From an uncultured Lachnospiraceae bacterium (GTDB lineage Bacteria; Bacillota; Clostridia; Lachnospirales; Lachnospiraceae): a stretch of DNA of 49,442 nucleotides. A model generated the notes under the pieces. That model did not search any database. It was not told where the DNA came from and saw only the letters and a list, made by a program, of their open reading frames with translations. Shown here piece after piece: positions 26,449-35,630 of this stretch. Positions within the stretch are counted from its first letter, which is position 1, and each line of letters opens with the position of its first letter. A program made the position numbers and the translations under genes. The stretch covers positions 1 through 49,442 of the forward strand of contig CATJIW010000196.1 of assembly GCA_949740745.1 (NCBI GenBank), given 5' to 3'.

Positions 26449-27759
26449 TTATCTGCCTTTCGACCCCTTTAAAATCTGTTTTCCCTTTGCAAAAAATCGC
26501 CACCAAAGCCTGCCCCGCAATCGATCCAGATACTGCTTCATCTGTTCATTTTCCGCCGACAAAGCATCATTCCTGACCGACAGCGCCTTCTTTTCTTCCT
26601 GCAAATCCCTGCAGGAGGCCGTCAGGGCCATCAGCTCTTTCTTCCAGGCTCCTGCCATGGCTTCTGCAAAAAAAGACACGGTCACGGTTCTAATCCCTTC
26701 TGCTCTGCCCAATATGAGCTGCGGATCCTCCGTGCCGAACACGTAGGTTCCGTCCTCCAGACGCAGGCCGTTGCTTTCCTCCGGGACAAGCTCTTTTTCC
26801 TCGTCCGATATCCGCAGCCCCCGGATGATTGCCGCCGAAGCCGCCGGATCGATCCGAAGCCTCTTCGTCCCTTCCGGAAGCTGTGCCTGCACCTCAATTT
26901 CCTGTTCCTGATAAAAATAAGTCTTTTTAAGGGAATGTTCCTCACAAAAGCCTTTCCCATCGTCAAAATAAAGCTGAAGGGTCTCCATACGGCCGGCCAG
27001 AAGCATGTCTCTCGCCGGAATCCGGGGCCGCAGCATGGTCTTTTTCAATTCTGACAGTGTATTTTGATTCCCGGCCACGTACTTCTGGAAGTTTTCCTCC
27101 ATTTCCCCGTACATGGAAAGATCCCCGTCCGATATCCCAAGCAGACGGAAAATGTGCAGATCCAGCAGGCCGTCCCGTTTGGTGCTGCCGTGCAGATAAT
27201 AATGCACCGCCCGGTATACGATATATTCAACGGGTACCGGAAAATCCAAAATCCATTCATAATCAAGGATCGTCCAACGCTCTCCAAGCAAAAGATTTCC
27301 AAAGATCAGGTCGATATTGGAAATTTTAAGGGATCTGCAATCCATAAACCGGGTATTCTTCCCAAATACCTCGTCAAAGGCTTCCGTATACTGAAAAGGG
27401 ATGTTATCGGAAAGCGTATACAGGAGATCCCTGTACTTTTTGATCTCCTCCACAATATCCAGATAGCGGCCTTTCTGATACAGCCCGTCCAGATAATGCT
27501 CCAGGGTCTCGCCTTCGACAAATTCAAACTCCACGCCCTTTTCCAGCTTTCTGCACCGGTTCGGCACGAAAAGCGTTCCGGCAAAGCTCTCCTCCATCTG
27601 AAGAAAATGACGGTAAAGGCCGTCCACATGATCCTGTGCCTCTTTCACCAGCGGATACTTCCGGACCGTCTTTGTTCCGTCTTCCTCCATGCATATAACT
27701 GTTTTGATCCGAAACCTGGCCGCCCTGTCGCCTGAATATTTACAAAATACCGGATTCAT
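26449..27759 (-). CDS. Kinase-fold (PKL/APH-like) + beta-sandwich + coiled-coil protein, putative glycan chain terminator/ruler
   Basis: TVRK, FEFVEGETL, NIDLIFGNLLL and WTILDYEW motifs; C-terminal heptads and a basic/aromatic tail; ATG overlaps the methyltransferase TGA. Confidence 0.62.
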   Translation of the reverse strand: MNPVFCKYSGDRAARFRIKTVICMEEDGTKTVRKYPLVKEAQDHVDGLYRHFLQMEESFAGTLFVPNRCRKLEKGVEFEFVEGETLEHYLDGLYQKGRYLDIVEEIKKYRDLLYTLSDNIPFQYTEAFDEVFGKNTRFMDCRSLKISNIDLIFGNLLLGERWTILDYEWILDFPVPVEYIVYRAVHYYLHGSTKRDGLLDLHIFRLLGISDGDLSMYGEMEENFQKYVAGNQNTLSELKKTMLRPRIPARDMLLAGRMETLQLYFDDGKGFCEEHSLKKTYFYQEQEIEVQAQLPEGTKRLRIDPAASAAIIRGLRISDEEKELVPEESNGLRLEDGTYVFGTEDPQLILGRAEGIRTVTVSFFAEAMAGAWKKELMALTASCRDLQEEKKALSVRNDALSAENEQMKQYLDRLRGRLWWRFFAKGKQILKGSKGR

Positions 27760-28679
27760 GGCTTCTCCTCTCTGATCATAATCAAAAATGAATTGGAATA
27801 TGCCGGAAACTGCCCTTCCTCAATAATCGTATCAAATACCTTGGCCTCGTCAAAGGTCAGAAGACGCCCCATATCAAAATTATTGAAATTGTTGTTCAGC
27901 TCTCCTGCCTTTGGAAGATAATCGTCTGAATAGATGCTCATCGGAAATTTATAATCCGGATAGGGATAATAAAATTTTTCTATCCTGCAGCCGCAGCGGC
28001 TCACAATCTGTTCCAGTCCTTCCTTCGTAAAAGTACGGGCGTTTTTCGTGTTCCGATAGCCCTCGAGCCCTTCATAGACCTCCTGTTTGTGATCCTCCAC
28101 GCATCCCGCCCAGTATTTCAGCCCGAATTTGTTTTCAATGGCCATGATAATCTTCCCGCCCGGCTTTAAATGCCCTTTCAGGGAACACAGGAAGTCCTCA
28201 TAAGGATGTTCCGTCCCCATATATCCGATCGCATATTCAAACACCCCGATCAGAGTAATGATATCATAGGCTTCCGTAAGACCCGCCGAAATATCCCGGT
28301 AATTTCCAAGAAGGATCTCAATATTATCAAGCTCCCGATGACGGAAGGCATTGATCAGAGAACGCTTTTTCGAAAGATCGATGCAGGTCACCTTCCCATA
28401 TTTTTCTGCCAGCTTTCCCGTAATGGCGCCGCACCCGGCCCCTACCTCCAGTACGGAAGCCTCTTTGTCGTCTTCCATCCAGTCAACGATGTTCTCCCGA
28501 TTTGCAGAGAGATGGTACAGAACGGCCCAGTCCTGCTTTTCCCTTATGATCTTCTCATACTCAGAACCGTCATGATTCCTCACGATGTCTAACAGCTCGT
28601 CTTCCACCAGCCCGTCCGAATAAAAATCCCTTCCCCCGTAAAACCGGTCATCCAAACGGACCTTTCCTATCATTTCCAT
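27756..28679 (-). CDS. Class I SAM-dependent methyltransferase
   Basis: VLEVGAGCGAIT motif I, IDLS motif II, YDIITLIGVFEY and LKPGG. Confidence 0.9.
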   Translation of the reverse strand: MEMIGKVRLDDRFYGGRDFYSDGLVEDELLDIVRNHDGSEYEKIIREKQDWAVLYHLSANRENIVDWMEDDKEASVLEVGAGCGAITGKLAEKYGKVTCIDLSKKRSLINAFRHRELDNIEILLGNYRDISAGLTEAYDIITLIGVFEYAIGYMGTEHPYEDFLCSLKGHLKPGGKIIMAIENKFGLKYWAGCVEDHKQEVYEGLEGYRNTKNARTFTKEGLEQIVSRCGCRIEKFYYPYPDYKFPMSIYSDDYLPKAGELNNNFNNFDMGRLLTFDEAKVFDTIIEEGQFPAYSNSFLIMIREEKP

Positions 28680-28691
28680 AATCTCCGCTCC

Positions 28692-29957
28692 CTAAACGAT
28701 CTCTATTTTTGAATTCATATCGTAAAAACCCACGGAATTTTTATCTGATATCACTGTGATATTGCAGACGTCATATAATCTGTGGTAGACCTGAAAATCA
28801 TCTCCGCTGTAGCCGGTGCAGCCCAGGGAAAGCAGATATTCTCCACCCTGAAGGTTCATGGTCTGAACAAAAGAGACGGTTCTCGTGCTTCCTGCCGCCG
28901 TATGGTCCACATAAACATGCTCGAACATGGTATTGGTCCCGGTGATCTCCGTCCCCCGAAGATCCTTGACCGTAAAAGCAAAGATTGGATTGATGATATA
29001 CTGATGGAACATGACCTTGAAGCGTATCGTAAAGGCCTCTCCCTTCACGATGCTGTTGGTAATCAGCCCTCTGTCGTCAAGCAGCGCATAGTCAACGATA
29101 TGTGCCGCTCCGTTTCCGTATTCGAGACAGTCCGGATTGTTGTTCAGGCTGTCCTTCCATAGCGTTCCCTCCCGGATACCTGCCCTCTCCCGCTCCTCGC
29201 CGGCTGCCGGTGCTACGTCAAGCTGATGGACGATCAGCTTTTTGTAGGCGTCAACCACCTCCTTGGGCTCCCCCTCCATAACCTTCTCGCCTCTGTTCAA
29301 TAAAATGACCCTGTCGCAGTACTTGGAAACGCTTCCCAGGTCATGACTGACGAAAAGGATGGTTTTTCCAAGCTCTTTAAACTCCTCAAATTTTTTATAG
29401 CACTTGGCCTGAAAAAAAACGTCCCCCACAGACAGGGCTTCATCCACGATCAGGATCTCCGGATCGATATTGATCGCCACGGCAAAAGCCAGCCGCACAA
29501 ACATGCCGCTGGAATAGGTTTTTACCGGCTGATGGATAAATTCACCGATATCGGCAAATTTAAGGATCTCCTCCAGCCTTGCATCAATCTCTTCTTTTTT
29601 GAAGCCATTCATCGTGCCGTTGAGATATACGTTTTCCAGTCCCGTATATTCCATATTAAATCCGGCTCCCAGCTCCAGAAGAGCAGAGATCCTTCCCTCG
29701 ATCTCAACCTTCCCCGCTGTCGGGCTCAGGATCCCGGTAATGATCTTCAGCATGGTGGATTTTCCGGAGCCATTGGTACCGATCAGCCCCACGGTTTCTC
29801 CTTTTTTTACAGAAAAGGACATATGGCGCAGCGCATAATGCTCCACGTATTTTTTCTTTTTGGACAGGCCGAGCGATTCCTTTAACCGGTCGCCCGGCCT
29901 GCTGTATAACTTGTACATCTTGCTGACGTCTTTTACTTCGATTGCCTGTCTGCCCAT
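28692..29957 (-). CDS. wzt: Polysaccharide ABC exporter ATPase with C-terminal Wzt_C carbohydrate-binding domain
   Basis: GTNGSGKST, YSSGM, ILIVDE and VSHD motifs; C-terminal extension EYGNGAAHI...GTEITGTNT...GEYLLSLG. Start moved to MGRQ. Confidence 0.93.
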   Translation of the reverse strand: MGRQAIEVKDVSKMYKLYSRPGDRLKESLGLSKKKKYVEHYALRHMSFSVKKGETVGLIGTNGSGKSTMLKIITGILSPTAGKVEIEGRISALLELGAGFNMEYTGLENVYLNGTMNGFKKEEIDARLEEILKFADIGEFIHQPVKTYSSGMFVRLAFAVAINIDPEILIVDEALSVGDVFFQAKCYKKFEEFKELGKTILFVSHDLGSVSKYCDRVILLNRGEKVMEGEPKEVVDAYKKLIVHQLDVAPAAGEERERAGIREGTLWKDSLNNNPDCLEYGNGAAHIVDYALLDDRGLITNSIVKGEAFTIRFKVMFHQYIINPIFAFTVKDLRGTEITGTNTMFEHVYVDHTAAGSTRTVSFVQTMNLQGGEYLLSLGCTGYSGDDFQVYHRLYDVCNITVISDKNSVGFYDMNSKIEIV

Positions 29958-29970
29958 ATTCCTCTCCACA

Positions 29971-30801
29971 CTATAACACATCCGCAAAATGAACCTTCAG
30001 CCGCTTAAAGATCCCGGTCCCCATCGCAAACACCGCCAGGGTGAACACCCAGAAATAGATCGTAAGCTTCGGATGATCCCAGAAGTTCGCCTTATATACA
30101 AAGATGTCCCGGTAACCGGAAGTAATATAATACATAGGATTCAGCTTAAAAACCGTTTTAACGGCCGAAGGGATCTCCATGGTCTCCAGATTCCACATGA
30201 TCGGAGTCATCCAGATCCCCACCTGCAGGATGATACTGATAATCTGCGTCAGATCCTTGAAAAATACCACGACTGCCGAAGTTGCATAAGAAAGCCCCAG
30301 CACCAGCATAAAGGTACAGAAGGAATAATAAACAAGCTGGAGATAATAAAGATCCGGGAACTTCCCGTAACAGCAATAAATAACGACGACCAGGACCACA
30401 AAGGCCGCATGTACAAACAATGCCGATATGATCTTAATGACCGGCAGAATGCTGATCCGAAACACAACCTTTTTCACCAGATAAGCGTACTCGTTCAGAG
30501 TATTGGTCCCTGCCCCCCAGGCATCGGAAAAGAAAAACCAGGGAACGATCCCGGCAATCAGCCACAGGACAAAAGGGATTTCGATCCCCGCTCCCATGGA
30601 AATATCCGGCGACTTTAAGCCCTTCTGGAACACAAACCAGTACACCAGCACCGTCACGATCGGCTGGATAAACGCCCAGACCGCACCAAAATAGGAGCCT
30701 GCATACTTTGTCTTAAAATCATTTTTCGCTAAAGACCATATCAGCTTCCTTTCAGAAACAACCTCTCTGAGAAGGGAAAGCCGTCTTTTCGTTTCTGGCA
30801 T
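29971..30801 (-). CDS. wzm: Polysaccharide ABC exporter permease
   Basis: NDFKTKYAGSYFGAVWAFIQP, YLVKKVVF, WMTPIMW, LNPM and HFADVL motifs. Start moved to MPETK. Confidence 0.93.
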   Translation of the reverse strand: MPETKRRLSLLREVVSERKLIWSLAKNDFKTKYAGSYFGAVWAFIQPIVTVLVYWFVFQKGLKSPDISMGAGIEIPFVLWLIAGIVPWFFFSDAWGAGTNTLNEYAYLVKKVVFRISILPVIKIISALFVHAAFVVLVVVIYCCYGKFPDLYYLQLVYYSFCTFMLVLGLSYATSAVVVFFKDLTQIISIILQVGIWMTPIMWNLETMEIPSAVKTVFKLNPMYYITSGYRDIFVYKANFWDHPKLTIYFWVFTLAVFAMGTGIFKRLKVHFADVL

Positions 30802-30805
30802 AGAC

Positions 30806-31378
30806 CTACCCTCTTTTGCCGGCCGTGTAGCCTGCAATACCGTCCCATTTCTGATCCTTGTCTGAAATAATCAGATCCTCTTTTCCCATGCCCTGCGGCA
30901 TGGGCCACTCCACGCCGATTTCCGGATCGTCCCATTTCAGGCCGCCCTCGTCATTGGGATGATAAAAATCCGTACATTTATAGGCAAATTCTGCCGACTC
31001 GGAAAGCACCACAAAGCCATGGGCAAAATTCTTCGGAATAAAAAACTGTTTTTTATTTTCTGCGGACAGGATTACGCCGTGCCACTGCCCGTAGGTTTTC
31101 GAACCGGGGCGAAGATCCACCGCCACGTCAAAAACCTCGCCGCTTACCACCCGCACCAGCTTGTCCTGAGGGAACCGGATCTGAAAATGAAGCCCCCGCA
31201 GCACCCCTTTTCTGGAGCGGGACTGGTTGTCCTGCACGAATTCCAGATCAATGCCGGCCGCCTTATAATCGTTATAATTATAGGTTTCCATAAAATATCC
31301 GCGTTCGTCGCCGAACACCGCCGGCGTAATAATCTTCAGGCCCTCGATTTCACAGGTTTCCACTGTAATCTTTCCCAT
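30806..31378 (-). CDS. rmlC: dTDP-4-dehydrorhamnose 3,5-epimerase
   Basis: FGDERGYF, FVQDNQS, GVLRGLHFQ, FDVAVDLR, FAHGF and YKC motifs; AAGGAGG RBS. Confidence 0.96.
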   Translation of the reverse strand: MGKITVETCEIEGLKIITPAVFGDERGYFMETYNYNDYKAAGIDLEFVQDNQSRSRKGVLRGLHFQIRFPQDKLVRVVSGEVFDVAVDLRPGSKTYGQWHGVILSAENKKQFFIPKNFAHGFVVLSESAEFAYKCTDFYHPNDEGGLKWDDPEIGVEWPMPQGMGKEDLIISDKDQKWDGIAGYTAGKRG

Positions 31379-31451
31379 TTTTTCCTCCTTCTGAGTCTGA
31401 TCTGTTATGTTCCCTTCCCATAATGGAAGCCGTCTTTTTCATAATTAATGG

Positions 31452-33650
31452 CTAGTATAACACAGAAGCCTCCGTTTCGTCTACTTTTAAAGAACAATCT
31501 CCTGAAGACAGGGTCAGATTCCTGTTGTAACAGGGATCGCCCGATTCCAGCAGGGTCCCCCACCGCTTCCTCATAAACGCCTCTTCCTCCGAAAACCGTT
31601 TCTTCTTGTCCGGAGTATCCTCGCCTCCCCGGCTCAGGGATTCGTGGTGATACAAGCGGGCCCTCGGCTCATACATGACCAAAAATCCCGCCTCTCCAAG
31701 CCTCAGACAGAAGTCCACGTCGTTAAAGGCTACCGTCAGCATCTCCTCCAGCCCTCCAAGCTTCCGGTACCGCTCCCTTTCCACCATCAGACAGGCTCCT
31801 GTCACGGCACTGTAATCCTGCTGCAGGATCGCCCGCGCAAAATAACCTGGAACCCATTCCGGCTGCCTGCTGAAAATATGTCCGGCAATCCCCCCAAGTC
31901 CCAGAACCACGCCGCCGTGCTGAATCGTATCGTCCGGATACAAAAGCTTCGCCCCCACCGCCCCGATCTCCGGCCGCTGACAGTCGGCAAGCATAAGCCC
32001 CAGCCATTCCGGCGACAGAACCTCCGTGTCATTATTTAACAGAAGGCAGTATTCCCCCCTGGCGTTTTCCACTCCAAAATTATTGATGGCAGAATAATTA
32101 AACCCGCTTTCCCAGCGCAGAATGCGGATCCTGCCGTCTTTCTCCAGCTCCCGGTAATATGCGAAGGTTTCCTCCTGTTCACTGTTGTTCTCAAGGATGA
32201 GGATTTCATAATTCCGGTACTTTGTCTTTGTCAGAACCGATTCCACACACCTGCGGAGACATTCCTTTTCATCCCTGTTTGGAATCAGGATCGACACCAG
32301 CGGCTCTCCCTTTAACTCATAATCCACATAATAATATCCCAGCTGCTCCTGCATTCCCACCGATGCCGAAACCTGCCGTCTCTTCAGGTGCTCTTCAATC
32401 GCCCGCCGTCCGGCCTCATAGCAGTACATTTTACTCTCCGGATTTGCCGCCGTAGAAAGAGGATGCATCCGCCAGTGATACAAAACCCTGGGAATATGGG
32501 CCACCTTCCTGGACTGCTCCACGCACCGAAGGATAAAATCATAATCCTGCGCACCGTCAAACTCACTGCAAAATACCCCTGCCTTTTTAACTACGCTGCT
32601 CTTTGCCGCAAACAAATGGCAGATATAATTATTGGAACGCAGAAGATCCGGATTAAAGTCCGGCTTAAAATGGGGATCAAAATAATGCTTCAGATCCAAT
32701 GACACCTTATCCTCATCGGAATAAGCCACGTCTGCCTCCGGATCCTCATTAAAAACCCTCACAAACTCAAAAAGCGCCTCTTCGGATAACAGATCGTCAT
32801 GATCCAGCAGCATGATCACCTGGCCGCGGGCCATCTCAAGGGCTTCATTGGTATTGCCGGAAATCCCCCTGTTCTCTGCCAGCCTTTTGTATCGGATCCT
32901 CCCGTCCTTCCGATACGCCTGCATTTCCTTTTCCACAGTATCGTCTTCTGCCGCGCCTCCGTCTGCAATGCAAAGCTCCCATTTCCTGTAGGTCTGTTCC
33001 TTTACGGAGCCGATCATCTGATGCAGGAATGCCTTTGGCGTCTTATATGCGGGCACGATGATGCTGACCAGCGGCTCATAGTCAAAGGCTGCCTCTCTCT
33101 GCCTTTCCAGTTCCTTTCCGGACGTTTTTCGCTTTAGTCTCCAGACGTCATATCCATAAGCGCCGGAAGCATATCGGATCTTCCACTGATCCTTAAGGGC
33201 CTCTGCCCCGTCTCTCCTCCATGTTCCAAGATCCGCCTTAAGCTCCTTCAGCCGGTAGCTTTTTAAAATCTTCTTAACGGGCTGATATGGGCGCATCGCC
33301 TTTGCCTGTTTTTTCTTCAGCTCCCGGATGTCTAAAAAAACCCGGAGCTCGTCAATTCCGTTCTCTATGATCCAGTAATAATCCTGCTTCTCTTCGTACC
33401 GGAACCGGATATCAAATCCACAGTTTAAATCCCGGCCGTCTCCCCATACACTTAAACTGGCATCCTCCCTCCTTGTTTTATGAAAGGTGAGCGGCACCGC
33501 TTCCCCCTGCTCCGTACAAATCCGATAAACGGGCGGACGGCCGCAGGCCGTCGAAATCCCCCATCCGCCCATGGATACATAGTCTGAACTGAGCAAAATC
33601 TGATCTACCGAATATTTTAAAGATACTTCCCTTAACGATTCCTTTTCCAT
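31452..33650 (-). CDS. Two-domain GT2 glycosyltransferase (putative rhamnan polymerase) with N-terminal beta module
   Basis: VSIIVPAYKT, LLDHDD, YSDEDK, LLLNNDTE, AVTGACL and FNDVDFCL motifs; clear paralog of 6343..8595. Start moved to MEKESL (33650) to avoid a 400-nt overlap. Confidence 0.9.
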   Translation of the reverse strand: MEKESLREVSLKYSVDQILLSSDYVSMGGWGISTACGRPPVYRICTEQGEAVPLTFHKTRREDASLSVWGDGRDLNCGFDIRFRYEEKQDYYWIIENGIDELRVFLDIRELKKKQAKAMRPYQPVKKILKSYRLKELKADLGTWRRDGAEALKDQWKIRYASGAYGYDVWRLKRKTSGKELERQREAAFDYEPLVSIIVPAYKTPKAFLHQMIGSVKEQTYRKWELCIADGGAAEDDTVEKEMQAYRKDGRIRYKRLAENRGISGNTNEALEMARGQVIMLLDHDDLLSEEALFEFVRVFNEDPEADVAYSDEDKVSLDLKHYFDPHFKPDFNPDLLRSNNYICHLFAAKSSVVKKAGVFCSEFDGAQDYDFILRCVEQSRKVAHIPRVLYHWRMHPLSTAANPESKMYCYEAGRRAIEEHLKRRQVSASVGMQEQLGYYYVDYELKGEPLVSILIPNRDEKECLRRCVESVLTKTKYRNYEILILENNSEQEETFAYYRELEKDGRIRILRWESGFNYSAINNFGVENARGEYCLLLNNDTEVLSPEWLGLMLADCQRPEIGAVGAKLLYPDDTIQHGGVVLGLGGIAGHIFSRQPEWVPGYFARAILQQDYSAVTGACLMVERERYRKLGGLEEMLTVAFNDVDFCLRLGEAGFLVMYEPRARLYHHESLSRGGEDTPDKKKRFSEEEAFMRKRWGTLLESGDPCYNRNLTLSSGDCSLKVDETEASVLY
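31454..31483 (-). promoter_or_regulatory. Possible internal promoter for the rmlC-wzm-wzt block
   Basis: Minus strand TAGACG-18 nt-TATACT with extended TG (TGTTATACT), overlapping the end of the upstream GT2. Confidence 0.4.
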
Positions 33651-33670
33651 AACCGGATCATCCTTCCGTT

Positions 33671-35596
33671 TCACACCATCGTCTGAACAATGGAAACCAG
33701 CGCCACCACTTCCACCCATCCGATGAATGGATAGACATATTTCTCTTTTTGTTCTGTCTGATCTAAAATTTTGTTCGTTCCAAACATCGTGGCAAGAAGA
33801 ATCACCACAGGTATAAAATACCGTCCCTGAATTCCCTCCACAACGTCTGCTCCTACCGCAGTCCACTGTACATACAGGCTTCCAAAAATCAGGGCAGTGA
33901 CTGCCAGGCATATGCCCCCTGCGACGTATCGGTCCTTTTTCCTGATCTTTGGCCCGTCTTTTTCCGCAACGGCCGACAGCATCACAAGCAGAAACATGTA
34001 GAGCAGCAAAGCCGTCTGACTGACCCCGATATTCATCCATCCCAGAGCGTTTCCCAAAACCCCGAATCCCCAATGGGCTCCGTAATTCATAACTGTGCGG
34101 TAAACCGCCTGCACAAAAGCGAAGGGATGGCCAAAAACATATCTCACCTGGGCCGCACTGTCAACTCCCGGCTGGAATTCCATTAAATATCCGGAGGATA
34201 TGGTCAGCCAGACCAAATTTCCGAAAATTGCCAGTAGCATCGCACCGCCGAGAACTGCAGCAAATTTTCTGGCATTTCCAAATTTCTCCCTGGGTATGAT
34301 AAAATAAATGGCACAAAGCGGCAGGTAAACAATTTTGCATAAAGCAACGAAAAGGACACCAAGATAAAGAAAAGCATAATCTTTTTTAGAAAGAAGCTCC
34401 TTGTCGTTGTATGCCAGGTACAGCGCATGGGCAACCATCAGCATGGACAGGGAATTGATCAGGCAGTCCGCCGCCAAAGACACGGATTCCTGCAGGAACA
34501 TCGGCATCAGCGCAATCAAAACAAGGCTCAGCTTCTTTACAGGTATCAGTTTTATCGACAGATAAACCATGGCCAGGCTGGACAGCATGGCAAACAGCTT
34601 TCCCATAAAGGTAATCCCAAACACCGTATCGCTCACAAGCTTCCCCAGGAACATTCCGACTGCCTGCGGCAGATAGGATACCGGAGCATACAGAGCCGTA
34701 TTGGGGAATATCTGCCATTCCGGCTTATCATAATGAACCTTTGCCCCTATGACGCTCCAGATATCACTGTATTCCACGCCTGAAATACTCGGCCTGACAT
34801 ATGGCATCGAAGGCAGCTCCCTTCCTCCCACTCCATTCCTCTGGTCAGAAATCAAATGGCCCTCTGTGATTTCAAAAATCCTTAAAAAGTGCCGGGATTC
34901 ATCCGGAACCTGAGAATAAGGAATTAAAATCAGGAAAAACAGCCCAAGGACGGTTCCCAACAGTAAGAACCGACGCTCCTGCCGCATTTTCCGGACCCCC
35001 GCAAACACAGAGACCCCCCAAATGCAGACCGTCGCAAGGACCATAAATAATAATACTGTATTTTTACTGATATACTTATAAAAATTCCGGACGCATACGA
35101 CCTGCTCTTTTAAAACCCCGCCGAAAAGATCTGTCTCCTCCAGCTTTTCGTCCGACAGGGCAGAACCGATCCTCAGACAGGAAGCCCGATCCTCTGCGTT
35201 GGAGCGCAGGACCAGCCGAAAGGTTTTTCCTGCCGTCCCCTGCAGCTTCTCAGGCAGAAAAAAATGATTATACGTTTCGGACCGGATCTCGGTGCCGAAA
35301 ATTTCCCATTCCGCAGCCAGTACGCCCTCCGAATACAGTTCCGCATGCACGATGTCTCCGGAAGAGGCTGCTCCGCTGATGAAATACAAATCAATGCCGG
35401 CCAAAGTATCCTGTTCACATACAAATTCCTGCTCCAGGGTACCGTCCGCAGCAGTCAGTGCGATCTGCCCTCTGTAATATACGTCTTTTTCATATTTGCA
35501 GACGGCATCAAAATCCGCAGACCAAACTGTCAGAATACCGGCAATCATAAGAACAGCCAGGTAAATTCCCCATTTCACGTCTTTTATCCTTTTCAT
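33671..35596 (-). CDS. DUF2142 (GacL-like) GT-C membrane glycosyltransferase with N-terminal extracellular domain
   Basis: PYSQVPDESRHF, YAPVSYLPQAVG, LGWM and GIQGRYFIP motifs. Confidence 0.85.
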   Translation of the reverse strand: MKRIKDVKWGIYLAVLMIAGILTVWSADFDAVCKYEKDVYYRGQIALTAADGTLEQEFVCEQDTLAGIDLYFISGAASSGDIVHAELYSEGVLAAEWEIFGTEIRSETYNHFFLPEKLQGTAGKTFRLVLRSNAEDRASCLRIGSALSDEKLEETDLFGGVLKEQVVCVRNFYKYISKNTVLLFMVLATVCIWGVSVFAGVRKMRQERRFLLLGTVLGLFFLILIPYSQVPDESRHFLRIFEITEGHLISDQRNGVGGRELPSMPYVRPSISGVEYSDIWSVIGAKVHYDKPEWQIFPNTALYAPVSYLPQAVGMFLGKLVSDTVFGITFMGKLFAMLSSLAMVYLSIKLIPVKKLSLVLIALMPMFLQESVSLAADCLINSLSMLMVAHALYLAYNDKELLSKKDYAFLYLGVLFVALCKIVYLPLCAIYFIIPREKFGNARKFAAVLGGAMLLAIFGNLVWLTISSGYLMEFQPGVDSAAQVRYVFGHPFAFVQAVYRTVMNYGAHWGFGVLGNALGWMNIGVSQTALLLYMFLLVMLSAVAEKDGPKIRKKDRYVAGGICLAVTALIFGSLYVQWTAVGADVVEGIQGRYFIPVVILLATMFGTNKILDQTEQKEKYVYPFIGWVEVVALVSIVQTMV

Positions 35597-35630
35597 ATCA
35601 ACACGCCCCTCTGTCTTTGCTTATTTCCGG

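Noticed and set aside
27756-28679. Methyltransferase as a DNA methylase or defence gene
   Set aside because: No DPPY/NPPY or PC motif and no nuclease nearby; the context is glycan export.
33651-34073. 141-aa N-terminal extension of the GT2 in the ORF track
   Set aside because: It overlaps the DUF2142 gene in another frame and has implausible composition; a good RBS precedes the ATG at 33650. Similar over-extensions were trimmed for several other genes.
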